The notes beneath the pieces are model-generated. The model worked only from the letters and a program-made list of their open reading frames with translations, did no database searches and was not told the origin of the DNA. From Candidatus Poribacteria bacterium (GTDB taxonomy: Bacteria > Poribacteria > WGA-4E > UBA9662), in contig JAYGDX010000209.1 in NCBI GenBank assembly GCA_046582655.1, positions 1 to 44,150 on the forward strand: a DNA stretch of 44,150 nt, read 5' to 3'. How positions within the stretch are numbered: the stretch's first letter is position 1; the number at the start of each line of letters is the position of its first letter. Positions 22,514 to 32,522 of this stretch are shown here, piece after piece. The position numbers and the translations under genes are program-made.

Positions 22514-23669
22514 AAATTGAATGCCGAGCCCCACGCAGCGTTAATGAATTGAATGATTCAGTTTATTACAGTATTTGTTCATTTGAAGGATCGGATAAAA
22601 AGTTTTCAGAAGACCATTTCTTTACACTCATCCTAAAAAAAGATCCATGGTTCTGTTTAGATAATACGCGTGCTTGTTTTGTCGATGGGAAGGTAGTAAG
22701 TGTTGTACAGATATTTGAACGGCCATTACGGTTGAAAAACTGCGTTTTACGAATGGGAGGGCTTGGTAGTGTTGGTACGCATCCCAATCATCGGCAGAAA
22801 GGTTACTCTTCCGAAGTATTGCTCGATATTTAACCTCTGCTGGTTTTGATTATTCGGTTCTTTTTACTGGATATCATTCTCATTATGTCAAGGCGGGTTG
22901 GGTTGTTTACCCTAGAAGAATGATGAGCTTTAGTGTGCCGGATAAGATTGAGTCGGTCGATGATAGTATGCAAATAGAGAGATGTGATTTTGAAAGGGAT
23001 CTACCTAATTTAATAGCGGTCTATGATCAGTTTAATGCAATACGGATAGGAACGATGATTCGAGATGAGACGTACTGGCAGGTGCAACCCGAATGGCGAG
23101 GTCAAGATCCTGATCTCTTCTGGATTGTCAAGCAAGAGGGCAAAATAGCCGCCTATCTAAAAGGTGGAGGATCTATTCGCGAGTTTGGATATCTGCCTGA
23201 TTGTGAACGGTCAATGATATCGCTTCTCGTCCATTTTTTCAAATATCTGAAATTAGAAGGCATAGAAAATTCCTCCGTTGATGACATTCATGAATCTCAA
23301 CAGATCTTCGGGGAAATTGGCTGTGAAGTGAGCGAATCCTGCAACAATTCGGCAATGTTTAGGATCACTAACTTTGCGTCGATCCTGCAGAAGGCTACTC
23401 TGATTCTGGAAGATCGGCTCCGCAACTCCAATTACTCAGATTGGCAAGGTACAATCCGTATCCGCTATGAGCTTGACGACCAAATGCTGATTATCGAAAA
23501 CGGTATCATCCAAGTTTCAGCGCCTATCACAAACCCAACCATTGATCTCGACCTCACGCAGATTGAAGTCCTTCAACTTATATTTGGAGATTTCAATACT
23601 GATTACGATCTTATTTCCATCCTTTTTCCTCTTGATGAATTGTTGTTGTGGGATCCAGACAATTTTTAG
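22510..23669 (+). pseudogene. Frameshifted GNAT/Eis-like acetyltransferase
   Basis: The first frame ends GGLGSVGTHPNHRQKGYSSEVLLDI*. The shifted frame from ~22824 continues RYLTSAGFDYSVLFTGYHSHYVKAGW into ORF 22920-23669, completing GNAT motif B plus an SCP2-like tail. Confidence 0.8.
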
Positions 23670-23678
23670 GGCTTAATT

Positions 23679-25439
23679 GTGAAACGATTTTTTCTCACCT
23701 GTTTTATTTTTCTCGTTATAACAGATCTGTTTGCTGTGGAATATCTTCTTAAAATCCCACAAAATTCTGATCGCCAACTTCAGGTTTTGCGAGATCAGTA
23801 TCAGTTCAAACTGCGTTTTCGCTCCAACAATTTTTCTCTTGTTCAAGCTGTGGAAATTTCTTCGGAGGCGAAAGTTCTAGATCGGATTTCGTCCGATTTT
23901 AACTATTATGTCCTGGTAACTCAAGGTTCCAACCGGATTGCTGATATCAAAGAATACAAAATACTGGAAAGATTCGATGGGTTCACGTTGATCAAACTGC
24001 ATGCAGCTTTTGAATCGATGTTGTTTAATATAAGGGGCCATTGTGCAAAGTTGCCGGTCGAAATCCAGTTGCCGCATAATACTGTGGTATTAGCACCAAA
24101 GTTGGCTATAACTCCGGAACCATATCAAGAAGCCATTCGTAGTTTATTGCGCCAAGTTGAGGCTAGTGTATGGTTTGATAGAGTTAGAGCTCTTGTACAG
24201 AATGAGGATTTACAGCAGCCTGGTCATTTTTTTCGGAGTCGTTATGCGTTACGGGTTCATGGCGCCAAACAGTGGGATGATACGGCCCCACCGGACTATG
24301 CCTGTGATAACGCGGCAGATTGGATTGCCAGTCAGTTTGAGAGCTACGGTTTATCGGTGGAATTTGATTCTTTTCAACATACTCGTTCCCGAATTGGTGA
24401 GGGAGTTTTGGGTGAATATACCATGTGGAATGTTGTGGCAACGCTCTTGGGGAAAGGATCTAATAGTGATGAGATTTATCTCGTAACAAGTCATTATGAT
24501 AGCATCGCATCGAAGACGGATAAATGGGAACAGGATTGGAAGGTTTTGCCAGCACCTGGAGCTTCTGACAATGCCTCAGGTATTGCGACTATGATTGAGT
24601 CGGCAAGACTTTTGAGTCGGATCGATCTCAATCGAACCGTTCGGTTTGTTGCCTTCTCAGGTGAGGAGCTTTTTCTTCATGGTAGTCGGCACTACCGCCA
24701 ACTTATAGAGTCACGTGGGGATAAAATTATAGGTGTTATAAATCTTGATATGGTTGGACATGATGGAGGAGGCGAATTAGATCTGCATATATTGGGTGAT
24801 CAGCAATCACAGTGGTTGGTTAAAGCCTTTCAAACTGTAGCCGAACGCTACGATATTGAGGTTGATTTACGTTTAAAAAACGATCCGAGTTTCATCTTTA
24901 GCGATCATTCTCCATTCTGGGAAATTGCCATTCCCGCTATTCTCGTTTCTGAAGAATCTTCATTAACTAATCCCACTGAATCAATTGAATATATCCATAG
25001 TGAGTTTGATGGACTTAATGTAATCACAGTGCCCTTGGGTGAGCTTGTCCTCAAACTGACAGTTGCAACTATCGCTGAACTTGCTGGTCCAAGTGGTGAG
25101 GATTTTATTTTTGAACCAGAACCTAACTCCCCGATTATTCAGAATTTAATTGTTTATCCCAATCCGGTTAATCTCCAGAAAAGTCAGTTCGTTGTGTTGG
25201 ATTTTTACCTGACACGGCCGGCTGAGGTGCAAGTGACAATCTACTCTTCATCTGCTGAACATGTTTTTACTTCTCAACCGTTTAGCGGTAAAATTGGCAG
25301 AAACAACGACTTCGATTGGCGGGGTAAGAACATGAATGGCGCCCGTGTTGCCAGTGGTGTTTATACCTGTTCAGTTACAGCCACTGATAAAGATAATAAT
25401 TCTCATGTTGTTGATAGCAAAATAGTTCTTATTCAGTAG
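23679..25439 (+). CDS. Secreted M28-family metallopeptidase with C-terminal FlgD-Ig/T9SS-like domain
   Basis: Signal peptide. SHYDS, GASDNASG, FSGEE, NLDM, SDH motifs. C-terminal YPNPVN...WRGKNMNGARVASGVY. Confidence 0.88.
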   Translation: MKRFFLTCFIFLVITDLFAVEYLLKIPQNSDRQLQVLRDQYQFKLRFRSNNFSLVQAVEISSEAKVLDRISSDFNYYVLVTQGSNRIADIKEYKILERFDGFTLIKLHAAFESMLFNIRGHCAKLPVEIQLPHNTVVLAPKLAITPEPYQEAIRSLLRQVEASVWFDRVRALVQNEDLQQPGHFFRSRYALRVHGAKQWDDTAPPDYACDNAADWIASQFESYGLSVEFDSFQHTRSRIGEGVLGEYTMWNVVATLLGKGSNSDEIYLVTSHYDSIASKTDKWEQDWKVLPAPGASDNASGIATMIESARLLSRIDLNRTVRFVAFSGEELFLHGSRHYRQLIESRGDKIIGVINLDMVGHDGGGELDLHILGDQQSQWLVKAFQTVAERYDIEVDLRLKNDPSFIFSDHSPFWEIAIPAILVSEESSLTNPTESIEYIHSEFDGLNVITVPLGELVLKLTVATIAELAGPSGEDFIFEPEPNSPIIQNLIVYPNPVNLQKSQFVVLDFYLTRPAEVQVTIYSSSAEHVFTSQPFSGKIGRNNDFDWRGKNMNGARVASGVYTCSVTATDKDNNSHVVDSKIVLIQ

Positions 25440-25472
25440 TGTTTGAAATCTTTGATTTTTCTATCCTGTTGC

Positions 25473-25501
25473 TTGACAAAAGAAATGGGCTTTGTTAGAA
25501 T
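25473..25501 (+). promoter_or_regulatory. Near-consensus sigma70 promoter upstream of the DUF5069 gene
   Basis: TTGACA-17 nt-TAGAAT with extended -10 TG. Confidence 0.75.
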
Positions 25502-25615
25502 CGGCATTATCTTTACAATACTTTATTAGGTTGCCCTTTATAGAGTTATCAGTATCTTTTAGGTGTACTGGAGGGCTATTTTTTTACGATTGTCAAATTT
25601 CAGGAGAAACTAGAA

Positions 25616-26056
25616 ATGTCAAAATTGGTTCCGTTGATAAGTTCAGGGGTGGCAGGTCCTTTGGGAGTTCTTCACCTACCTCGGTTCTGGTGTAAGGTGG
25701 TATTGAATGCGAAAGGAAAGCTGGCTGATGGTTATCCAGAATGCGGTGCTGGATATGATCAGATGGTTCTCGATGCGCTAGGCTTGGATCGCGAAGCAAC
25801 ATTAGGTTATCTACACGAGAATGTTCCAACCTATACAGAGTTTGAGAGTTGGGTGTTGAAACAGTCTGGTGGGGGTCTTGATCAGAGTGCTGTTGATGAA
25901 CTGAATTCGGCCATTCTCGGGTATAATCATGATGATGAAACACGTCAGTCAATTCTATCTGCATCTGGAATTGGAGATGACGGATCAATTTTAGATGCTG
26001 TCAATCTGAATAATCTCGATGATTGGTATGAATTTCATGTCTCTTTAGCTGGCTAG
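25616..26056 (+). CDS. DUF5069-like protein
   Basis: GPLGVLHLPRFWCK...Y..CG.GYDQMVLDALG pattern recognised as DUF5069. AGGAG RBS. Confidence 0.75.
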   Translation: MSKLVPLISSGVAGPLGVLHLPRFWCKVVLNAKGKLADGYPECGAGYDQMVLDALGLDREATLGYLHENVPTYTEFESWVLKQSGGGLDQSAVDELNSAILGYNHDDETRQSILSASGIGDDGSILDAVNLNNLDDWYEFHVSLAG

Positions 26057-26066
26057 CAGGAACTTG

Positions 26067-26105
26067 ATAGGAGCACAATTTAAATTTTGTGCTCCTATGT
26101 TTTTT
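26067..26105 (+). terminator. Intrinsic terminator/attenuating hairpin after the DUF5069 gene
   Basis: Perfect 12-bp stem ataggagcacaa/ttgtgctcctat followed by gtttttt. Confidence 0.8.
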
Positions 26106-26127
26106 GACGAGAACTTGGAGAATTACT

Positions 26128-27021
26128 ATGACAAATTCAGATTATAAAATTGGTTTTATCGGTGTAGGTAGGATGGGATCAAACATGGCGCGTCATCTGC
26201 ACGATGAAGGTTTCTCAGTTGTTGCTGTGTACGACATTAATCCAAATCAAGCTAAAAGCTTGGCTGATGAAATTGGGGCGACTGTGGCTGTTCAACTTTC
26301 ACAGGTCTCACATCTTGCTGACTATATCATTACTGTAGTTACGGATGATAATGCGATGCGAGAAATTTTTTCTGAATCTGCGGACGATAGCTTGATCAAG
26401 AATGCGAAAGGTGATATTTTTATTAATTGTGCTACGATTTCTCCCGAGGTTCATGTTGAAGTTGAACAAATTGCTGATAAATATGGTGCTCGAACACTTG
26501 AAGGGTGTATGGCAAGTAGTATTACCCAAGCACGCGAAGGTACATTGTACTTGATGTGTGGAGGGAAAGAAGAAACCTTTAACGCAGTCAAGCCGATTCT
26601 TGAGTCACTCAGCGTGTCACTTCGTTATATTGGTGGTACAGGAACTGCTGCTCAGGTCAAAGCCTTGGTGAATATGGTTATGAATATCAATACGGCTGGA
26701 TTGGCTGAGGGATTAGGGCTTGGTGCTGCGCTTGGTTTGGATCTCACCGTGCTACAGGAAGTTTTCTCGCAGACTGGTGCTAATTCCCGTGTTTTAGAGA
26801 CGGATGGCGAAGATATGCAAAACCGTGATCATGAATGCTATTTTTCTGCCGCTCATGCCTCCAAGGATTCTGGAATTGCATTGGAGCTTGCTAAACAATT
26901 TGGGTTGAATCTTCCGTTGGCGGAAGCAACTAAAAAGCAATATGATCAGATGATTGAACTTGGTAAAGGAGAGCTCGACAAATCAGGGGTTGCCGAACTG
27001 ACTTTTCCTGATCGTTCTTGA
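26128..27021 (+). CDS. NAD(P)-dependent beta-hydroxyacid dehydrogenase (3-hydroxyisobutyrate dehydrogenase family)
   Basis: IGFIGVGRMGSNMA Rossmann motif, catalytic K in VKALVNM, KD near the C-terminus. ATG at 26128 preceded by GGAG. Confidence 0.88.
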   Translation: MTNSDYKIGFIGVGRMGSNMARHLHDEGFSVVAVYDINPNQAKSLADEIGATVAVQLSQVSHLADYIITVVTDDNAMREIFSESADDSLIKNAKGDIFINCATISPEVHVEVEQIADKYGARTLEGCMASSITQAREGTLYLMCGGKEETFNAVKPILESLSVSLRYIGGTGTAAQVKALVNMVMNINTAGLAEGLGLGAALGLDLTVLQEVFSQTGANSRVLETDGEDMQNRDHECYFSAAHASKDSGIALELAKQFGLNLPLAEATKKQYDQMIELGKGELDKSGVAELTFPDRS

Positions 27022-27061
27022 CACGCAAGTTAAGCATTTCTAAATTAGAATTATCTTTGAG

Positions 27062-27124
27062 AAAAGGCAGTTACCTAAGTCTCCCGCGAATTTTGTGTGA
27101 GTTAGGTCACCTGTCTTTTGTTTT
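27062..27124 (+). terminator. Long imperfect hairpin with T-tract
   Basis: aaaaggcag..acctaa / ttaggt..ctgtctttt followed by gtttt. Confidence 0.55.
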
Positions 27125-27147
27125 ATTGTAGAAAACAGGTAAATGTG

Positions 27148-28167
27148 ATGCAAACAATCGTTTTTGAAGGTCAAGACCGAATCGCACTCCAAGAAAAGCC
27201 GCAGCCTGTTCTTAATGACGGAGATGTGTTGATCGAGGTCGACCTGTGCGGGATTTGTGCTTCTGATATTGCAGCCATTAATGGCGAAGTCACCGATTAT
27301 TCGCCGCCGGTGGTGTTAGGTCATGAGATAGCTGGGATAATTGTTGAGAGTCGTCATCCCGAAGTTCAGGTGGGTCAAAAAGTTACCGTTAACCCGATGA
27401 TTAGCTGTGGCACATGCGATTATTGCCGCGTTGATCTAGACAAGTATTGCTCGCAGATCGAAGGAATTGGACATGACATCGACGGGGGTTATGCTGAGTT
27501 TCTCAAGTTCCCCAAGCATGGGATTGATACGGGCAAACTGATTACCGTTCCAGATTCTGTTTTACCAGAGAACTTAATGTTTCTTGAACCACTTGGTTGT
27601 TGTATTAATGCTATGCGTGAAACGATTTTGAGTGAGAGTGTGGCAATTTTGGGAGCGGGGCAGATTGGTTTGATGTTTGCTCAACTAGCGACACTACAGG
27701 GGCTGGAGGTTTTTCTACTGGAACCATTCGCACATCGTCGTGATTTTGCAAGCTTTCTAGGAGTAGGTCGCACCTTTGACATTACTGATGACCAGATTAA
27801 AGAATTGATCGGAGTCACCAATGGTGGAGTTGACACGGTAATTTCTGCTACCACGAATAATCAGAAAGCGATTGATTTGGCTTTTCAAATTATACGTCGT
27901 GGCGGATGCATTAATTTCTTTGGACTTTCAGCACATGATCAGAATCTAACGGTCAATCTTGAAAAACTACACTTTTCCGGTCACAAATTGATGGCCTCTT
28001 GGGCTTTTTCACGATGGAGTTTGGGCCAAGCTCAACAGATGATAACCAATCATGAAATTCAACTCGAGCCGATGCTGACAACTCGGTTTCCAATTACCTC
28101 TGGGATTGAAGCCGTTGCGTATGTCCGACAGGGACGTGGGCTCAAGACGGCATTGATTGGTGGATAG
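27148..28167 (+). CDS. Zinc-dependent alcohol/polyol dehydrogenase (MDR family)
   Basis: CGICASD, LGHE, CGTCDYC-x7-C, EPLGC, GAGQIG. Confidence 0.92.
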   Translation: MQTIVFEGQDRIALQEKPQPVLNDGDVLIEVDLCGICASDIAAINGEVTDYSPPVVLGHEIAGIIVESRHPEVQVGQKVTVNPMISCGTCDYCRVDLDKYCSQIEGIGHDIDGGYAEFLKFPKHGIDTGKLITVPDSVLPENLMFLEPLGCCINAMRETILSESVAILGAGQIGLMFAQLATLQGLEVFLLEPFAHRRDFASFLGVGRTFDITDDQIKELIGVTNGGVDTVISATTNNQKAIDLAFQIIRRGGCINFFGLSAHDQNLTVNLEKLHFSGHKLMASWAFSRWSLGQAQQMITNHEIQLEPMLTTRFPITSGIEAVAYVRQGRGLKTALIGG

Positions 28168-28336
28168 CTAGCCAGATTGATGGAAGGCTGTCTTCTACAG
28201 AATCTTACTCGTAGCCTCCCTTAGCTTGTTCGGACTTTTGTGATCTTGTGTCTAAGATAGCAAAAGGCAGTTATGACAAACTTCTTGTTGTTACCGTAAG
28301 AGATCTATTATCTTCAAAGTTTTGAAGGGAATTCAC

Positions 28337-29087
28337 ATGTTAGACAAATTTAGGTGGGGGATAGCATTTATTGTTATTAACAGTCAGTTGCTGGGTCTCA
28401 AGTCTTCGAAGCTAGACAGAACAGTTAAAGAGAGGAAAGGAATCAAAGAGCTCTAATCCGGGGTAAGAGAACAGGCTTTGGAAGGGAGTCGAAACGTACA
28501 GATGTCCAAGTGCTAAGGTCTGTAGTTCTTAAGCGATTTGAATTGGCAGAAGCACAGAGTACGCAAATACACGATAAAGATAAAAGAACCTCGTGGAGCT
28601 GGTACCCGCTGTCAGGGAGTTCGGGCAGTCGTTCCTCAGATACTGAAAGATGCTGGTTTCGAAATTCCTCAGGAACAAAGAAGTAAGAAAAAGAGCAGAA
28701 TGGAAAAACAGAATCTTTCTTGGTAAATTGACTGAAGAACAGGAAAACAGAGTGAAGGGAAAGTAGAAGCTCTTCGTGGCGAAGGTATCGACCGTTGTGA
28801 AATCCGTGGGATTGTTAATCAAATGATTGTGGGTTTTGGGATTGAAGTGCCTAAAATGTCAGATCAGTTGGGTCGAAGAGATGTTGCTGAACTGACTGAG
28901 GAACAACGGCACAGCATCCGTCAAATGACAGAAAATGGTGCGGCACGTGAAGAGATACATCAAGTAGTCGCTGGTGATCTTGCATTAGCAGATGCTGACA
29001 CCACCGTAGTTCTTAAAGCACCGTTGTCATCAAATCCCAAAGAACTGATTACAATCTGACTTAGGGCAAATTAAATCCGGGAAGTAG
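28337..29087 (+). pseudogene. Degraded helical-repeat protein, probably exported, with Poribacteria-type C-terminal motif
   Basis: Signal-like start MLDKFRWGIAFIVI. Across frameshifts, three related units (LAEAQ..VRAVVPQILKDAGFEIP; LTEEQ..EIRGIVNQMIVGFGIEVP; LTEEQ..EEIHQVVA). Tail NPKELITI/LGQIKSGK*. Confidence 0.6.
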
Positions 29088-29327
29088 TATACGAGAACAA
29101 CATTTATGATTAAGTGAGAGGAGAAACTAAGGTCTTACTCCTTTTTGAATTCATTTATTTGTAAATCCGAACGGGTTCACTAAGTATCTATTCTTAAAAG
29201 AGAGCCGGAAAGTGGTATTCGGTTTGGTTCCCAGCTTTGTTTTGTCCGGAAAAGATAATCTCTTCCGCGTTGGTGTTGGATGCTAAAAACTCAATCTCAG
29301 TTCGAGAGAAACATACTCGCATCGTTA

Positions 29328-30563
29328 TCAGTCTAGCAGTGCTGAATAGTCTATTGGTTGCTGAGTGCAGTCTAGAAGTCGTGATATTGGCGGAAGCTCA
29401 TATTTAAGACCTGTTGCACAGTTGAATAAAATAACTGATTCTGCTGAATCAACACGGCCGCTACTTAGTTCTTTTTTGTAGGCAGCGTAAGTTGCGGCTC
29501 CTTCTGGGCACATCAGAATACCTTCCTGCTGGGCGACTTCATCGCGCGCAGCTAAGATTTGTTCATCAGCTACGGCGGTTGCAAACCCATTACTTTTGCG
29601 TACAGCACGTAAGATCAGAAAATCACCTATAGCAACTGGCACGCGAATTCCTGCGGCAACAGTATGGGCACCCTCCCATAATTCAGCCTGTTCTGTTCCG
29701 GCTTCATAAGCTCGTACAATCGGTGCGCATCCCGTTGCCTGTACTGCTACCATGCGTGGTAGTTTTCCGTTGATCCAGCCGATCTCTTTCATTTCATTAA
29801 AAGCCTTCCACATGCCAATTAACCCTGTGCCACCACCGGTTGGATAAAAAATAACATCTGGTAATTGCCAACCAAGCTGGTCGGCTAATTCCAATCCCAT
29901 GGTTTTCTTACCTTCAATACGATAAGGTTCCTTGAGAGTCGAAAAGTCGAACCAATCCATATTTTCTTTGCCTTCTTCCACAATTCGACCGCAATCATTA
30001 ATCAGTCCATTAACTAGCCAGACTCTTCCTCCTTGGGCGGCGATTTCACGGACGTTTACCTGAGGTGTATCTTCAGGGCAGAAAATGTAGGTTTCAATAC
30101 CCGCACGAGTCGCATAAGCGGCCAGTGCTGCGCCTGCATTCCCATTTGTCGGCATAGCAATCTGGGTAACACCCAGTTCTTTGGCCATTGAAACCGCTAC
30201 GCATAATCCTCGGGCTTTAAATGAACCGGTTGGCAAACGACCTTCATCTTTGATGTAGACGTTGCCGTTTCCTGACTGAAGACGCGGCGTATGAATCAAG
30301 GGTGTCATGCTTTCGCCGAGACTAACGATATTTTCAGCGTACTTAATAGGTAAAAATTCGCTATAGCGCCACAAGTTTTCCGGACGATACGCCAATTCTT
30401 CTCTGGATAGACTATTAGACAGAGACGTTAAGTCGTACTTTACCAGCAGTGGTTTACCTGCTTTGGATAGGTTATGCTGTTGATTAGCTTCATAACTGTC
30501 TCCAACCATGCTACATTCAAGATGGGTAACAAAAGTAAATCCTTGTTTCACTGTTTCATCCAT
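29328..30563 (-). CDS. thrC: Threonine synthase-like PLP enzyme
   Basis: LWRY, SLGE..TP, PTGSFKARG (PLP Lys), TNGNAG, EGKKTMGLE, PTGGGTG, PEGA. Likely start MDETVK. Confidence 0.8.
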   Translation of the reverse strand: MDETVKQGFTFVTHLECSMVGDSYEANQQHNLSKAGKPLLVKYDLTSLSNSLSREELAYRPENLWRYSEFLPIKYAENIVSLGESMTPLIHTPRLQSGNGNVYIKDEGRLPTGSFKARGLCVAVSMAKELGVTQIAMPTNGNAGAALAAYATRAGIETYIFCPEDTPQVNVREIAAQGGRVWLVNGLINDCGRIVEEGKENMDWFDFSTLKEPYRIEGKKTMGLELADQLGWQLPDVIFYPTGGGTGLIGMWKAFNEMKEIGWINGKLPRMVAVQATGCAPIVRAYEAGTEQAELWEGAHTVAAGIRVPVAIGDFLILRAVRKSNGFATAVADEQILAARDEVAQQEGILMCPEGAATYAAYKKELSSGRVDSAESVILFNCATGLKYELPPISRLLDCTQQPIDYSALLD

Positions 30564-30579
30564 TGATAATAATCTTTTA

Positions 30580-31554
30580 TTATAGATATGCACCTTGGAA
30601 TTTTATTGAATTGACTGCGTGAACCGGCATGTTACCTTGTAAGACAGCGGCGACGTCTTTGCATACGCAGGAAACAACTCTCTCTCGAGATTCAGCAGTT
30701 ATTCCGCCAACGTGCGGTGTTAAGATAACGTTCTCCATTTTGGAAAATATATCCTTTCTCGGTGGTTCATCCTGACGGACATCGAGTGCAGCACCCGCAA
30801 TTTGCTCGCTTTGCAACGCGTGAAGCAATCCTCCTTCATTGACGATTCCTCCACGAGAAAGGTTGATGAAAAAGGCCGTCGGTTTCATAGAACAAAAGAT
30901 GTCATAGTTGAATATTTTTTGGGTTTCATCAGTTAGAGGCAGATGGCAAGTAACATAATCTGCTTGGTGGCATAAATCATCTAGACTTAGCAATGGTGCT
31001 CGCAGTTCAGAGACATTTAAACTATCTTGGTTGACATAGGGATCATGTGCGATGATATCCATGCCGAAGGCTTGTGCTCTTGTCCCAACTCGAAAACCGA
31101 TCCGACCCAGACCAACGATCCCCATAGTTTTATTAAAAATCTCGGTACCAGTGAAGCGCTGTCGTTCCCAGTTTCCTTCTCGTGTACTGCGGTCTGCAGC
31201 AGGGATCTTTCTAGCCAAACAGAGGGCTAATCCTATCACCAGTTCCGCTACGGAGATAGCATTTTGTTCTGGTGCATAGGTAACCAGTACTTCAGCTTGG
31301 CTAGCCGCATCAAGATCAACATTATCGATTCCTACTCCGTGTCGACCGATAACCTTCAGTTTGCTGGCCACAGCGATAAGTTCGGAAGTAATTATGGTTT
31401 GATTTCGGATAATCAGTGCTTCGAATTCAGGGATAATTTCTTTCAGCTTGTCTGGGGACTTCCATAACTCCGGTTCAAATCTGACATCGAAAGACATTTT
31501 CAGTATCTCCATCTGTTTCCCAACGATATTTTCTGTGACTAGTATTTTGGACAT
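30580..31554 (-). CDS. D-2-hydroxyacid dehydrogenase (SerA/SlcC-like, no ACT domain)
   Basis: GVGIDNVD, NAISVAE, GIVGLGRIG, INLSRGGIV, AALDV..EP, TPHVGG. Confidence 0.88.
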   Translation of the reverse strand: MSKILVTENIVGKQMEILKMSFDVRFEPELWKSPDKLKEIIPEFEALIIRNQTIITSELIAVASKLKVIGRHGVGIDNVDLDAASQAEVLVTYAPEQNAISVAELVIGLALCLARKIPAADRSTREGNWERQRFTGTEIFNKTMGIVGLGRIGFRVGTRAQAFGMDIIAHDPYVNQDSLNVSELRAPLLSLDDLCHQADYVTCHLPLTDETQKIFNYDIFCSMKPTAFFINLSRGGIVNEGGLLHALQSEQIAGAALDVRQDEPPRKDIFSKMENVILTPHVGGITAESRERVVSCVCKDVAAVLQGNMPVHAVNSIKFQGAYL

Positions 31555-31673
31555 AGAACTCCCATAGAACTGATATTTGCTATTGTATCAAGAAGGTAAA
31601 AAATTCTCAAAGGACCATGTGGGTTGAATGAAGAAAGCACGGTAACTACCAAAACAGGCTAACTTGACTGAGA

Positions 31674-31874
31674 TCAGCCCGCTAGTTTCATCGCACCTTC
31701 TCCAAATATGATAGGAAACTTATGATCCGGATTATCGATCCGTGTAATAGTTCCATCCGTGTAGCAAACGCTAAATCCACGACGAGGTTTATCCGTTTGA
31801 TTAATTTCCGATCTATGCAGCAAGAAGTTATGAAGAACGAAGATCTCTCCCATTTGGGCTTCCAGAAGAACTGT
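31674..31874 (-). pseudogene. Orphan 3' fragment of a PhyH-family dioxygenase
   Basis: Manual translation TVLLEAQMGEIFVLHNFLLHRSEINQTDKPRRGFSVCYTDG...FPIIFGEGAMKLAG* matches the PhyH C-terminal H..S..N.T..PRR motif. Confidence 0.7.
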
Positions 31875-32520
31875 GTAGGTAGTTTATCCTTTACACTAAC
31901 AGATAGTACATTCTGTTTCAACCCATCCATTATCTTGGCTATATCTCCTTCGGTTAGTGCCCTGTTGAAAATTGCCACTTCGTCGAGTAATCCTTCAACG
32001 TAACGAAAATAGTGCGCCATGAAAACCAGCGGATAGTCGTTCTTGCCATATTTGGCCTTACTGGCAAGGTCAGTTTTCCCCGTCTTCCTTCCCATCAATA
32101 TATACTTTAACTTTATTTCCAGCTTTCATTGAGACTATGTGATGCCATTTCCTATCATTGATAACTGTTTTACCTTTTGCCCTTGAATTTTGATTGGCTT
32201 CGTTACGCAAATAAAAGTCCATGGTTCCAGCTGGTACGAAGTAAACAAGGTACCAGGGTTTGGTATTCGATTTGTCGTGATAGCCTTTGGTGACAATGCC
32301 GAGACTTCCCGGTGCAGGCATTTCGCTTTTGAGCCATAAAGCGATGAAAAAATCACCGCTAAATTCAAAATTATCTGAATCTGGGATTTCTACGTAGGCT
32401 TCTTGTTCTGTCGAATTCAAGTGCCGATCCAAATTTTCCGATTTTAGACCATTTTGTACTTCCAACTACCTTGCCATCGTGACCATTTTTGGATGAATCG
32501 ACAACTTTAATTCCCAGATC
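31875..32520 (-). pseudogene. LamG-like jellyroll protein, truncated at both ends, with two frameshifts
   Basis: VVDSSKNGHDGKVVG..W..GKFGSALEFD / YVEIPDSD..WHHI..YIDG / EGLLDEVAIFNRALT..LSVSVKDKLPT, read across the frame changes. Confidence 0.8.
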
Positions 32521-32522
32521 CT

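Noticed and set aside
29194..29322. 42-codon minus ORF right after thrC (MRVCFSRTEIEF...)
   Set aside because: No RBS or recognisable motif.
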